Source: an uncultured Chloroflexia bacterium | GTDB lineage: Bacteria; Chloroflexota; Limnocylindria; QHBO01 | Reading direction: 5' to 3' | NCBI GenBank assembly: GCA_963825525.1 | Contig: CAWGTN010000002.1 | Location: 393,021-457,020, forward strand | DNA: 64,000 bases | In this document: in pieces, positions 25,705 through 34,917 of the stretch | Layout: each line of letters begins with the position of its first letter | Numbering within the stretch: the stretch's first letter is position 1 | Position numbers and translations under genes: made by a program | The notes under the pieces: generated by a model | Told to the model about the DNA's origin: nothing | Seen by the model: only the letters and a program-made list of their open reading frames with translations | Databases searched by the model: none

Positions 25705-27155
25705 CAGCCCGTCAGCTCGGCCGCGAACTCGCCGAAGACCTCGATGTAGCGATCGATGTCGGCGTTGGTGTGCTGCACCGAGAGCGTCCACTGGTCGTCC
25801 GGACCGGGCGGAAGCAGGATCCCGCGGTTCGCCAGGTAAAAGAAGCTGGCTGCCCACAGGTCGGAGTCCAGGTCGACCAGGGTTCGGTAGTTGGTGACGC
25901 GCTCCGGGGTGAACATCACGCAGCCCTTGGGACCGACGTTGATCGCGTAGCCCGGCAGCCCATGGTCATCGATCACGGACTGGCTGCCTGTCGTGAGCCG
26001 GTCGGCCATCGCGTTGAGCACCGGATAGGCGTCCTTGGTGAGGATCTGGGTGAGCGTCACGACGCCGGCGGTCATCGACAGCGGATTCCCGTTGAAGGTG
26101 CCCAGGTGTGCGACGCGGGTCGCACCGCTCGGAAGCGTCGAGCGCTCCATCCCCGAGCCGAGCGCCCCACTCATGCCGGCGAAGTGCTGGCTGCCCTCGA
26201 GCGTCTCGATGACGCGCATCACCTCGGCACGCCCGCCGAAGGCGCCGATCGGGATGCCGCCGCCGATGCTCTTTGCCAGGCAGAAGAGATCGGGCTTCAC
26301 GCCGTAGTACTCGTAGGCCCCGCCCCAGGCGATCACAACGCCGGTCTTGACCTCGTCGAAGATGAGCACGACGCCGTGCTCGGTTGCCAGCTCGCGAACG
26401 CGCTGCAGGAATCCCGGCTCGGGCGGGACGACGCCGATGTTGAACTGGACGGGCTCCACGATGATCGCGGCGATCTCGCCCTCGTGGGCCTGGAGGATCG
26501 CCTCGAGCATGTCGGGCTCGTTGAACGGAGCGATGACGGTCTCCGCGATCCGGCTGCGCGGGATGCCGGCACTTGCCGGCACGGTGGCCGGAGCGTCGAT
26601 CGGTCCCATGGCCTCGCGCGGCGGCTGAATGCTGACCAGCACGTCGTCATGGTGGCCGTGATAGCCGCCTTCGAACTTGATGATCTTCTCGCGTCCGGTG
26701 TAGCCGCGGGCCACGCGGATGGCGTCCATGGTGGACTCGGTGCCCGAGTTGCTGAAGCGCACGGAATCGGCGCCAAAGCGGGCTCGGATCTCCTCGGCCA
26801 GCGTCACGCCGTCCTCGACCGGGAAGGTGTAGCACGTGCCGTTCGCCACGCGCCGCTGAAGGGCCTCCGCCAGCAGCGGATGCGAGTGACCGGCGGCCAG
26901 CACGCCGAACGCCATGTCGAAGTCGATGTACTCGTTGCCGTCCGCGTCCCAGATCCGGCTGCCCCGGGCGTCGCCCATGAACAGCGGATATGGGTCGTAG
27001 GCCTGAAACGAGCTTGCGACGCCAAGCGGCATGGACTCGCGCGCGCGATCGAAGAGCGCCTTGCTCTTTGCGGTTCGCGCCCGATACGCCGCCTCTTCCC
27101 GCGCGCCGATCTCGTTGACGCGCGCCCGATCGATTTCGTGCCTGGTGACCGTCAC
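25704..27155 (-). CDS. class III (aspartate aminotransferase fold) aminotransferase, glutamate-1-semialdehyde aminomutase-like
   Basis: GTG at 27155 with AGGAGG 6 nt upstream. PLP-lysine region FDEVKTG. Confidence 0.85.
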   Translation of the reverse strand: MTVTRHEIDRARVNEIGAREEAAYRARTAKSKALFDRARESMPLGVASSFQAYDPYPLFMGDARGSRIWDADGNEYIDFDMAFGVLAAGHSHPLLAEALQRRVANGTCYTFPVEDGVTLAEEIRARFGADSVRFSNSGTESTMDAIRVARGYTGREKIIKFEGGYHGHHDDVLVSIQPPREAMGPIDAPATVPASAGIPRSRIAETVIAPFNEPDMLEAILQAHEGEIAAIIVEPVQFNIGVVPPEPGFLQRVRELATEHGVVLIFDEVKTGVVIAWGGAYEYYGVKPDLFCLAKSIGGGIPIGAFGGRAEVMRVIETLEGSQHFAGMSGALGSGMERSTLPSGATRVAHLGTFNGNPLSMTAGVVTLTQILTKDAYPVLNAMADRLTTGSQSVIDDHGLPGYAINVGPKGCVMFTPERVTNYRTLVDLDSDLWAASFFYLANRGILLPPGPDDQWTLSVQHTNADIDRYIEVFGEFAAELTG

Positions 27156-27165
27156 GGTCGCCCTC

Positions 27166-27690
27166 CTAGCGAGCTCCCCATTGGTAACTTTCCTTGACAA
27201 AGCGCAGCTCGACGAGCGTCTCGGTCGAACGGATACCGTCGATCCCCGCGAGTCGTTCGGTCAGCACGCGCAACAGGTGATCATTGTCCTCGCACACGAT
27301 CTCGCACACGAGGTCATAGCGCCCGGCGGTGATGACGAGGTACGTCACCTCGTCCAGCTTCGCGATCTCGTCGGCAACCTCCGTCAGGCGCGCCGCCTCG
27401 ACCTTGAGGCCGATGAGGGCCGGCTGCTGAAAGCCCATGGCCAAAGGATCGGTGACCCCCACGATCTGCACCACGCCTCGTCCGATCAGCCGCTCGGCGC
27501 GCTGCCGGACGGTGGCCTCGGGAACGTCAAGCTGACGTCCGATCTGAGCGTACGGCCGTCGACCATCCAGCTGAAGACACTGGATGATGCGCTTGTCGAG
27601 GTCGTCGAGAATGGGCCGCCGCCCCGGTTGCTGGATCGATCGCACCGCCATGGCGAGAAGAGTACTCAGCAGCTGGGAGACGGTCAACAT
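27166..27690 (-). CDS. Lrp/AsnC family transcriptional regulator
   Basis: Helix-turn-helix ILDDLDKRIIQCLQLDGRRPYAQIGRQLDVPEATVRQRAERL followed by a RAM domain. The start is ATG 27690 or 27651. Confidence 0.85.
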   Translation of the reverse strand: MLTVSQLLSTLLAMAVRSIQQPGRRPILDDLDKRIIQCLQLDGRRPYAQIGRQLDVPEATVRQRAERLIGRGVVQIVGVTDPLAMGFQQPALIGLKVEAARLTEVADEIAKLDEVTYLVITAGRYDLVCEIVCEDNDHLLRVLTERLAGIDGIRSTETLVELRFVKESYQWGAR

Positions 27691-27854
27691 TCCGCAACAT
27701 TCGAGGTCCGATTCTACGGATTCCGCGAGGTTTGACGGAATCCGTGGGGTTTCGAGGGTGCTGTTCAGTGGCGTTGGCTCAGGTGGGTGGGTTGGGGGCC
27801 GCGGACGGCGGCGGCGACGGCGGCAGCGACGCTTTGGGTGATCCGGTGCCGCTC

Positions 27855-28252
27855 GACTTGTCAACTGCACCCCACACGCGCATTAGCGGGGGCAGAGGCC
27901 GGCGGCGACCCGTGGCCACGCTCAGCAACGCCGCCCGAGACTCCTGATTACCCGCTAATGCGAACCAGGCGAGCAGTTGTCAGGGCGCGGCGCGGGGACC
28001 GGTGAGCTGCATCCGTGGTGCGCGCTACCCGGCCGCAGAGACCAGACGCGAGCCGGGCCAGACGACCCAGCGCCGCCCGACTTGTCAACTGCACCCCCCA
28101 CGCGCATTAGCGGGCGCCGAGGCCGGCGGCGAGCAGTGCCCACGCTCAGCAACGCCGCCCGAGACTCCTCACTACCCGCTAATGCGAACCAGGCGAGCAG
28201 TTGTCAGGGCGCGGCGCGGGGACCGGTCAACTGCACCTCACACGCGCATGAG
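27855..28252. repeat. tandem direct repeat of a ~150-bp unit (2 full copies + partial third; ~223-bp period), each carrying a 12-bp inverted repeat and a nested helix
   Basis: Copy 1 is 27855-28004, copy 2 is 28078-28227, and a partial third copy is 28228-28252. The copies are ~90% identical. Inverted arms cgcattagcggg / cccgctaatgcg lie ~65 nt apart, enclosing GGCGGCG...CGCCGCC. Confidence 0.8.
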
Positions 28253-28288
28253 CTGGCCGCGGAGACGCAACGCTCCAGCTCTCCAGCG

Positions 28289-30511
28289 TCAGTCCCCCCC
28301 GGTCTCCGCCGCACCCACCTCGCGCTTCCACGCCCCCGTCGCATCGGCGAGCAGCTCCGCGACATCGCGGACCGCGACATCGGTGCGGTCGAGGTCCGTG
28401 GTGCCATCTCGCAGCATGATCAGGCAGAAGGGACACGCGGTCGCGATCTCGTCCGGTGTCTTCTCGAGCGCCTGCTCCACGCGCTTGTGGTTGATGCGCG
28501 TGCCCTCGCGCTCCTCCATCCACATCCTCGCGCCGCCGGCGCCGCAGCACATCCCCTTGCGGTGGTGAAGGTCCATCTCGACCACGCTCTGGCCCGGCAC
28601 GGAATCCACCACGCGACGGCCCTCGTCGTAGACCTCGTTGTAGCGTCCCAGGTAGCACGCGTCGTGATACGCGATCACGGCGTCATGGTGCTCCTCGGGC
28701 ACCAGCCGGCCATCAGCGACCAGCCGATCGAGCAGCTGGGTGTGGTGGATGACCTGGATCCCGGTGAGGCCGAACTGCGGGTACTCGTTCTTGATGGTGT
28801 TGAAGCAGTGCGGGCAGGTGGCCACGATGGTCGAGATGCCGTGCTCGGCGTGCGCGGCAGACAGGGTCGCGACGTTCTCCTCGGCGAGCATCTGGTAGAG
28901 GTACTCGTTGCCGGCCCGCCGCGCCGGATCGCCCGTGCAGGTCTCCTGGGCGCCGAGCACCGCGAACGGTATCTCGGCCTGGTTCAGGAGCTGCGCCATG
29001 GCACGCACCACCTTCCGATTGCGATCGTCGAATGCGCCGGCGCACCCGACCCAGAACAGGATGCGCCCGCCGAGCACGTCGCCCGTGGGATCGGACTCGT
29101 GAATCGTCCTCCATGGCGTGGTGCCGTCCGTGCTGCGCCGGGGCGGATCGGCATCGGCCAACAGGGGAACGTCCAGGCCCTTTGCCCAGTCCATGCGCGA
29201 TGATTTCGGCTGGCCCCAGGGGTTGCCGGCGTTCTCCATGTTGCGAAATGCCGCATTGAGCTCCTTGGGGAATCGGCTCTCCTCGAGCACCGCGTTTCGG
29301 CGAATCTCGACGATCGTGTCAACGTGCTCGATGAGCACCGGGCAGCCCTCGACACACCAGCCGCAGGTCGTGCACTGCCAGACCGCCTCCTCCGGGATCA
29401 CGTTGTCCATGAGGGGCAGGGTGAGCGCCTCCTCCGCGCGGCCCCGGGCCAGCGACAGCGCATCCTCCGAGGCCGATGCACCACCGTTGGCTCCCCCCTT
29501 CCACGCACGCTGGGCCGATGCGGCCGCTGCCAGCGCCGTCTCGGCCGATGCGATCTGATCGCGCAGTCCTTCCATGAGGTGCTTGGGCGAGAGCGTCTTG
29601 CCCGTCATCGAGGCCGGACAGAACTCCATGCAGCGTCCGCACTCCGTGCACGCCAGGCCGTCGGAGAGGTGACGCCAGGTCAGGTCCTGCAGGCCCTTGG
29701 CACCGAAGACGGGAAGCTCCTCGCCTTCCTCGGGCTCCGCCTCGAGGTCCATCTTGCGGAGCGCGCCACGCGGCTCGAGGTTGCGGAAATAGACGTTGGG
29801 CTCGCTGCTGATGATGTGGAGGTGCTTGCTGTACGGCAGGTAGGCCCCGAATCCAAGGACCAGGATGATGTGCGACCACGCCATGACCCCGAAGCCGATG
29901 GTGGCGGCTTCCCGGCCGATCGGCTCGAGTGCCAGGCTCAGCGGGCCGGCCAGGGGCGCCCAGGCACGAGCCGGGTCCTCTGGCTCCAGCACGAATCCGA
30001 ACGCGTCCCCCAGCCACTCGGTGAGCACGATGCTGAAGATGAGGCCCAGGATGATGAAGGCGTCACGCGTGAGGGCCAGCCGCGCCGGACGAATCACGGT
30101 GCGACGAATGACGAAGTACGCGACCGAGGCCAGTACCAACCCGACGAAGACGTTGGCGAACAGGACGATCACGCTCCAGAAGAAGCCGCCCAGCGGCCAT
30201 CCGACGACGGTCTCCACCAGCCCGTTGGTCAGGTAGTTGCCGGTCGTGGCGAGGAGCACGATGAACCCCCAAAACACGAAGGCGTGCGTCAGCCCTGGAC
30301 CGGGGTCCTGGAGCAGCCGGCGCTGACCGAACACGAACACGCCGAGGGCCTTGATCCGCTGCGGGACGCGGTCAAAGCGATCGAGCGGCCGCCCGGCGCG
30401 CACCACGGCCAGGTGCCAACGGGCACGGCGCCAGAACAGAATGCCGGCCGCCACGATCGGGATGATGATCAGCGGATACGCCGGAATGGACGCTTCCATG
30501 AGTCGCGCCAT
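28289..30511 (-). CDS. membrane-bound Fe-S oxidoreductase (HdrD/GlpC-like: NarI-like TM domain + 2x[4Fe-4S] ferredoxin motifs + two CCG domains; Rv0338c-type)
   Basis: 740 aa. Six N-terminal TM helices; ferredoxin motifs [12 protein letters not shown] and [12 protein letters not shown]; CCG-type cysteines CPHCFN and CPFCLIM. Confidence 0.85.
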   Translation of the reverse strand: MARLMEASIPAYPLIIIPIVAAGILFWRRARWHLAVVRAGRPLDRFDRVPQRIKALGVFVFGQRRLLQDPGPGLTHAFVFWGFIVLLATTGNYLTNGLVETVVGWPLGGFFWSVIVLFANVFVGLVLASVAYFVIRRTVIRPARLALTRDAFIILGLIFSIVLTEWLGDAFGFVLEPEDPARAWAPLAGPLSLALEPIGREAATIGFGVMAWSHIILVLGFGAYLPYSKHLHIISSEPNVYFRNLEPRGALRKMDLEAEPEEGEELPVFGAKGLQDLTWRHLSDGLACTECGRCMEFCPASMTGKTLSPKHLMEGLRDQIASAETALAAAASAQRAWKGGANGGASASEDALSLARGRAEEALTLPLMDNVIPEEAVWQCTTCGWCVEGCPVLIEHVDTIVEIRRNAVLEESRFPKELNAAFRNMENAGNPWGQPKSSRMDWAKGLDVPLLADADPPRRSTDGTTPWRTIHESDPTGDVLGGRILFWVGCAGAFDDRNRKVVRAMAQLLNQAEIPFAVLGAQETCTGDPARRAGNEYLYQMLAEENVATLSAAHAEHGISTIVATCPHCFNTIKNEYPQFGLTGIQVIHHTQLLDRLVADGRLVPEEHHDAVIAYHDACYLGRYNEVYDEGRRVVDSVPGQSVVEMDLHHRKGMCCGAGGARMWMEEREGTRINHKRVEQALEKTPDEIATACPFCLIMLRDGTTDLDRTDVAVRDVAELLADATGAWKREVGAAETGGD

Positions 30512-30532
30512 GGTAGCGGCGCGGGCAGGTGC

Positions 30533-31505
30533 CTAGTGGTCGCCCCCGGCCAGCTGGTCGAGCGCATGACGCAGGACGGGTGACAGGGCGTCGAACGACT
30601 CCAGTGGCACCCCGGGGCGAACCGGGCAGGTTGACGATGAGCGTGGCTCCACGCGAGCCGACAACGGATCGCGAGAGGGCGGCCATCGGCGTCGAGGCCA
30701 CACCAACCGACCGCATGAGCTCAGCGAGCCCAGGAGCCTCGCGGTCGATCACCCGCCGCGTCGCCGCCGGCGTGACGTCGGTGGGCGACATTCCGGTGCC
30801 CCCGGTCGTGAGGATCAACCGATGGCCGGCATCGGCCAGGGAGATGAGCAGCGCCGCGATCTCCGACTCGTCATCGCGCACCACGACGGCCTGCGGCGCG
30901 ACATCGAATCCCGCGCCACGCGCACGAGTGACCAGCTCCGGACCGGAGAGGTCGTCCCGCTCCCCTGCCGCGGACCGATTCGAGCAGGTCACGACGATCG
31001 CCTCGTGATCCGCTCGCGGGACGGGGGCAACGTCAAGCCGATAGTCCCCCGAACGACCCCCGTACTTCTCCAGCAGGGTCACGCCCCCAATGACGATGTC
31101 CCTCTGCAGCGCCTTCGCCATGTCGTACACGGTCAGTGCGGCCACGCTGACTGCGGTCAGCGCCTCCATCTCGACGCCGGTCCGTGCCGTCACGCTGACC
31201 TCGGCACGGATGACCACGGTGCCGGCGGCCGAGTCGGGCTCCAGCTCCACGCTTACCCTGTCGAGAGGGAGGGGATGGCAGAGGGGAATGAGCTCGCTCG
31301 TTCGCTTCGCCGCGCCGATGCCGGCCAGTCGCGCGGTGACGAGGGCGTCGCCCTTTGGCCCGCCACCGGCGAGGAGCGCTTCGAGCACATCGGGGCGCAT
31401 GTGGACCGTCGCCTGGGCCACCGCGCGGCGCGCGGTGATCGGCTTGTCACCCACGTCGACCATCCGCGGCGCCCCGTCATCGTCGAGATGGGTCGGGCGG
31501 GTCAT
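30533..31505 (-). CDS. moaC: bifunctional molybdenum cofactor biosynthesis protein MoaC/MoaB(MogA-like) fusion; apparent 1-nt frameshift near 30610-30617
   Basis: MoaC part [10 protein letters not shown]...LCHPLPL, then MoaB part ...[11 protein letters not shown]...[11 protein letters not shown]. The C-terminus [22 protein letters not shown] is encoded in the +1 frame and ends at TAG 30535-30533. Confidence 0.8.
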
Positions 31506-32699
31506 GCCAGCGCACCGAGCAGGATCGCGTCGTACTCGCCGCCGATGCGCGTCGCCGGCTCACCCTCGGGCACCACCAGCAGCCCGTTCGCCGACGCGAG
31601 GGGCAACAGCTGCGAGGAGCCCTGGCCCCCGGCCGAGGTTGCCCGATAGCCGGTTGCATCGGCTTCGACCCTGACCCGCAGGTAGGCGCGACGACCGGGA
31701 TCCTTGGCGATCTCCTCTTCGGTCCGCGCTCGCACACGAACGCGGTCGTCGACCGACAGGCCCAGCATGGCGCGGATCATGGGGCGCACGAACACCTCAA
31801 AGGTGACGAGGGCACTCACCGGGTTCCCCGGCAGGCCGATGAACGGCAGCACGCCGATCTTCCCATACGCGAGTGGCTTGCCGGGCTGCACCGCGATCCG
31901 CCAGAAGTCCAGGTCTCCGAGGCGCTCGATCACGGCTCGCACGTGATCGTGCTGGCCCACGCTCACGCCCCCTGATGCAACGAGCAGGTCCGAGCCACCG
32001 GTCGCGTCACGGATCCGCGCCTCGATGACCTCCGGATCATCGGGCGCCCGCTCAAGGATGTTCGGCATGCCGCCCGCCTCCTCGACCGCCGCGGCGAGCG
32101 CGAAGGCATTGGCATCGTAGATCTGGCCGTGGCCAAGGTGATCTCCGGGCGACCGCAGCTCGTCGCCGGTCGACAGGATCGCCACGGTGGGACGGCGGCG
32201 GACCGCGACGGTCGCGACACCCATGGCCGCCAGCAGCCCGATGGCCGACGCTGTCAGCGGCGTCGACCCGATGGGGACGCGCTGGCCACGGCCCACGTCC
32301 AACCCTGCAGGCCGAACGTGAGAGCCGGGCACCGGAGACAGCGAGAATTCCACGTGGCCGTCACGCTCGACGGCATCCTCGATCGGCACGATCGTGTCCG
32401 CACCGTCCGGGACGGGGGCCCCGGTCATGATGCGCACCGCCGTGCCCGGTGCGACGGCCGGTGCCGGTGGCCCACCCGCTCGCGACTCACCGATCACCGG
32501 ACGGCTCCGTCGGTCATCCGAGGAACACACGGCGTACCCGTCCATCGCCGAGTTGTCGAATGTCGGAACGTCGGCACTCGCGACGATCTCGCGGCTCGGA
32601 TGGCACCCGGCCACGGGCTTCCGACAGTGGCACCTTCTCAGAGTCCACGATGCTGACCGCACTGACGAGCCTGCGAAGCGCCTCGTCGACCGAGAGCAT
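31502..32699 (-). CDS. moeA: molybdopterin molybdotransferase MoeA; apparent 1-nt frameshift near 32585-32600
   Basis: The N-terminus [32 protein letters not shown] is in one frame (ORF 32514..32699). The body ...[14 protein letters not shown]...GDEL... is in the 386-aa ORF 31502..32662. Confidence 0.85.
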
Positions 32700-32703
32700 C
32701 GGC

Positions 32704-33828
32704 TCAGACGCCGAGCTTCATCCGCGCCTCGATGAGGCGCATGATCCCCCGTCGTGACACGAGCCCAACGGGGAGCCGCGCCTCGTCGCCGATGACCGGG
32801 AGCTGGCTCACCTCGTGCTCCTGGATGAGTCGCAGCGCCTCGACCAGGGGCTCATCCGGGCCGATGGTCGCCAGGTCGCCGTAGCGGGTCATGATGTCGG
32901 TCACGCGTGCCCCCTCCCACGACTCGCGGGGCAATCGCCGGACGTCGGAGAGGGTCACCACGCCGGCCAGTCCGCCGTCGTCGTGCCGAACCAGGAACGA
33001 TCGGTCGTCACCGCGCATGAGGTGCTCCGAGACGAGCTCGGAGACCAGCTCATTGGGTGCCACCGTTGCCGGTTCCAGCTCCATGGCGTCGCGGACCCGG
33101 ACGCCGCTCAACGAACGCTCGAGGCCAGCCTGCGCCTGTGACGACTCGGCGGCCGTCGCCAGGAACCAGCCGACCAGGGCCAGCCACAGTCCGCTGCCGA
33201 TGTCACGCGAGCGAAGGGCCCAGAACACGCCACCGGCCACCATGAGGTAGCCGACAACGCGACCCACAATCGCCGCCTGGCGGGTGGCCGTGAGCTGGTC
33301 GCCACGGATCCGCCACAGGACGGCGCGCAGCACGCGGCCGCCGTCCATCGGGTATCCGGGAACGAGGTTGAAGACGCCGAGCACGATGTTGATGAATCCA
33401 AGCCAGCCGAGCAGGGTCTGCGCCTCCCGCTGCGGAATGAGCGCGCCGACACCGAGCAGCAATGCGCCCAGCAGGAGGCTGGAGATGGGACCGGCGAGGG
33501 CGATGGCCGCCTCGTCACGCGGCCGCTTGCTATCGGCCTCGATGCTCGTCGCGCCACCGAAGATGAACAGGGTGATGCCCGACACCTTCAGGCCCAGGCG
33601 CCGCGCCAGGATGGCGTGCGAGAACTCGTGGATCAGGACCGAGACGAAGAAGAGGATCGCGGTCCCGGCCCCCAGCAGCCAGTACTGGGTGGTCGTCAGT
33701 CCGGGGGTGGTACTCGGGAAGAACGCATCGGCCAACGTGTAGGTGAGGAGGCCGGCAATCACCAGCCAACTCGGATGCACGGAGAGGTCGATTCCCGCCA
33801 CGCGTGCGATCTTCCATCCGTTGCCCAT
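32704..33828 (-). CDS. site-2 protease (M50) family protein with tandem CBS domains
   Basis: HEFSH motif; C-terminal CBS pair. Confidence 0.85.
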   Translation of the reverse strand: MGNGWKIARVAGIDLSVHPSWLVIAGLLTYTLADAFFPSTTPGLTTTQYWLLGAGTAILFFVSVLIHEFSHAILARRLGLKVSGITLFIFGGATSIEADSKRPRDEAAIALAGPISSLLLGALLLGVGALIPQREAQTLLGWLGFINIVLGVFNLVPGYPMDGGRVLRAVLWRIRGDQLTATRQAAIVGRVVGYLMVAGGVFWALRSRDIGSGLWLALVGWFLATAAESSQAQAGLERSLSGVRVRDAMELEPATVAPNELVSELVSEHLMRGDDRSFLVRHDDGGLAGVVTLSDVRRLPRESWEGARVTDIMTRYGDLATIGPDEPLVEALRLIQEHEVSQLPVIGDEARLPVGLVSRRGIMRLIEARMKLGV

Positions 33829-33837
33829 GGGCGGAGT

Positions 33838-34464
33838 CTAGATCAGGGCGGGCGGCGCGTCCCCGGAGGCGCCTCTCCATCTCGCGTAGCCGATCAAGGT
33901 GACGATCAGGGCGGTCAGGATGACGGCCAACCCAGCAAGCAGCGTCGCGTCGAACCAGAACCCGTCGGGGAACAGGACGATGAGCTGCGAGCCGGGCGCG
34001 AACAGGTAGGTGCCCGGTGGAAAGAAGATCGCGTGGAACGCTAGGAAGGCAGGCTCGAAGGCCACGCTGAACACGACCGCCAGGACGAGCGCGACGAGAC
34101 CGACCGAACCCGATGCGATCAGCATCACGCGACCCTGGCGTCGCCGTTCGCGGCGCAGCCACGAGCCGGCGACCCCGACCAGCACGAGCCCCATGATCGC
34201 CACGGCCGCCAGGACCTGCACCAGGCGCGACACATCGGCCATGTGCGAACGCTCACGCTCGTCCAGGAGCGGCTCCTGGCCGTCCAGGGCGGCATCGAAT
34301 GGTCCGTTGACGTAGATGTCAGCCAGGATCGCACCGGTCACACGATCGATCTCGGCCTGGGTCGTACCCAACTCGGCGGCGACCTGGTGGCGCTGCTGGA
34401 GCGCGGAGGTCAGCCACGGGTTGAACAGCAGCAACGGTCCGGCGAGCGTGATCGTGACCGCCAA
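33838..34464 (-). CDS. DUF1461-like integral membrane protein
   Basis: 208 aa with four TM segments. Confidence 0.6.
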   Translation of the reverse strand: MAVTITLAGPLLLFNPWLTSALQQRHQVAAELGTTQAEIDRVTGAILADIYVNGPFDAALDGQEPLLDERERSHMADVSRLVQVLAAVAIMGLVLVGVAGSWLRRERRRQGRVMLIASGSVGLVALVLAVVFSVAFEPAFLAFHAIFFPPGTYLFAPGSQLIVLFPDGFWFDATLLAGLAVILTALIVTLIGYARWRGASGDAPPALI

Positions 34465-34529
34465 CCCGAGTCCGAAGAGGATGCCGACCGCGCCCGGGGC
34501 GCGCGACGCCGGTCGGGGTTCGCCGACGG

Positions 34530-34907
34530 TCAGAGGACGCGACCAGCCATGCGGCTCGACCCGATGACCATGGAAAGCACCATGCCGACGATGCTGATCA
34601 CGATCGATCCCAGGAGGGCCGCGAAGAAATCGCCGACAACGAACCCGAGGGCCAGCTCAGACGAGATCGCGCTCGTGAGGAGCAGCAGCAGGGCGTTGAT
34701 GACGAGGAGAAAGAGCCCCAGGGTCATGATCGTGATCGGCAGGGTGAAGATCCGAAGCACCGGTCGCAGGAACGTGTTGACGGCCCCGAAGATGGCGGCG
34801 ACCAGCAGCAGCTTCCACCACTCGCCGGTGAACTCGAGGTTCGGCACGATGAGGACCGCCACGTACAGCGCGGCGGCGTTGACCAGGATCTGAATGACTC
34901 GGTCCAT
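34530..34907 (-). CDS. phage-holin-4-like (DUF360) small membrane protein
   Basis: ATG at 34907; product begins MDRVIQILVNAAALYVAVLIVPNLEF... Confidence 0.7.
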   Translation of the reverse strand: MDRVIQILVNAAALYVAVLIVPNLEFTGEWWKLLLVAAIFGAVNTFLRPVLRIFTLPITIMTLGLFLLVINALLLLLTSAISSELALGFVVGDFFAALLGSIVISIVGMVLSMVIGSSRMAGRVL

Positions 34908-34917
34908 GGCGCCTAGC

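Noticed and set aside
27855-28252. CRISPR array
   Set aside because: The repeat unit is ~150 bp, not 28-37 bp. There are only 2.2 copies, the units have internal long-range pairing, and no cas genes are nearby.
30372-30532. C-terminal 50 residues of ORF 30372..31505 overlapping the Fe-S oxidoreductase start
   Set aside because: This tail is Arg/Pro-rich nonsense produced by reading through the frameshift. The genuine MoaB C-terminus is in the +1 frame and ends at 30533.
32704-33828. Possible molybdenum-cofactor riboswitch upstream of moeA
   Set aside because: moeA begins 5 nt after the stop of the preceding site-2 protease gene, leaving no room for a leader.
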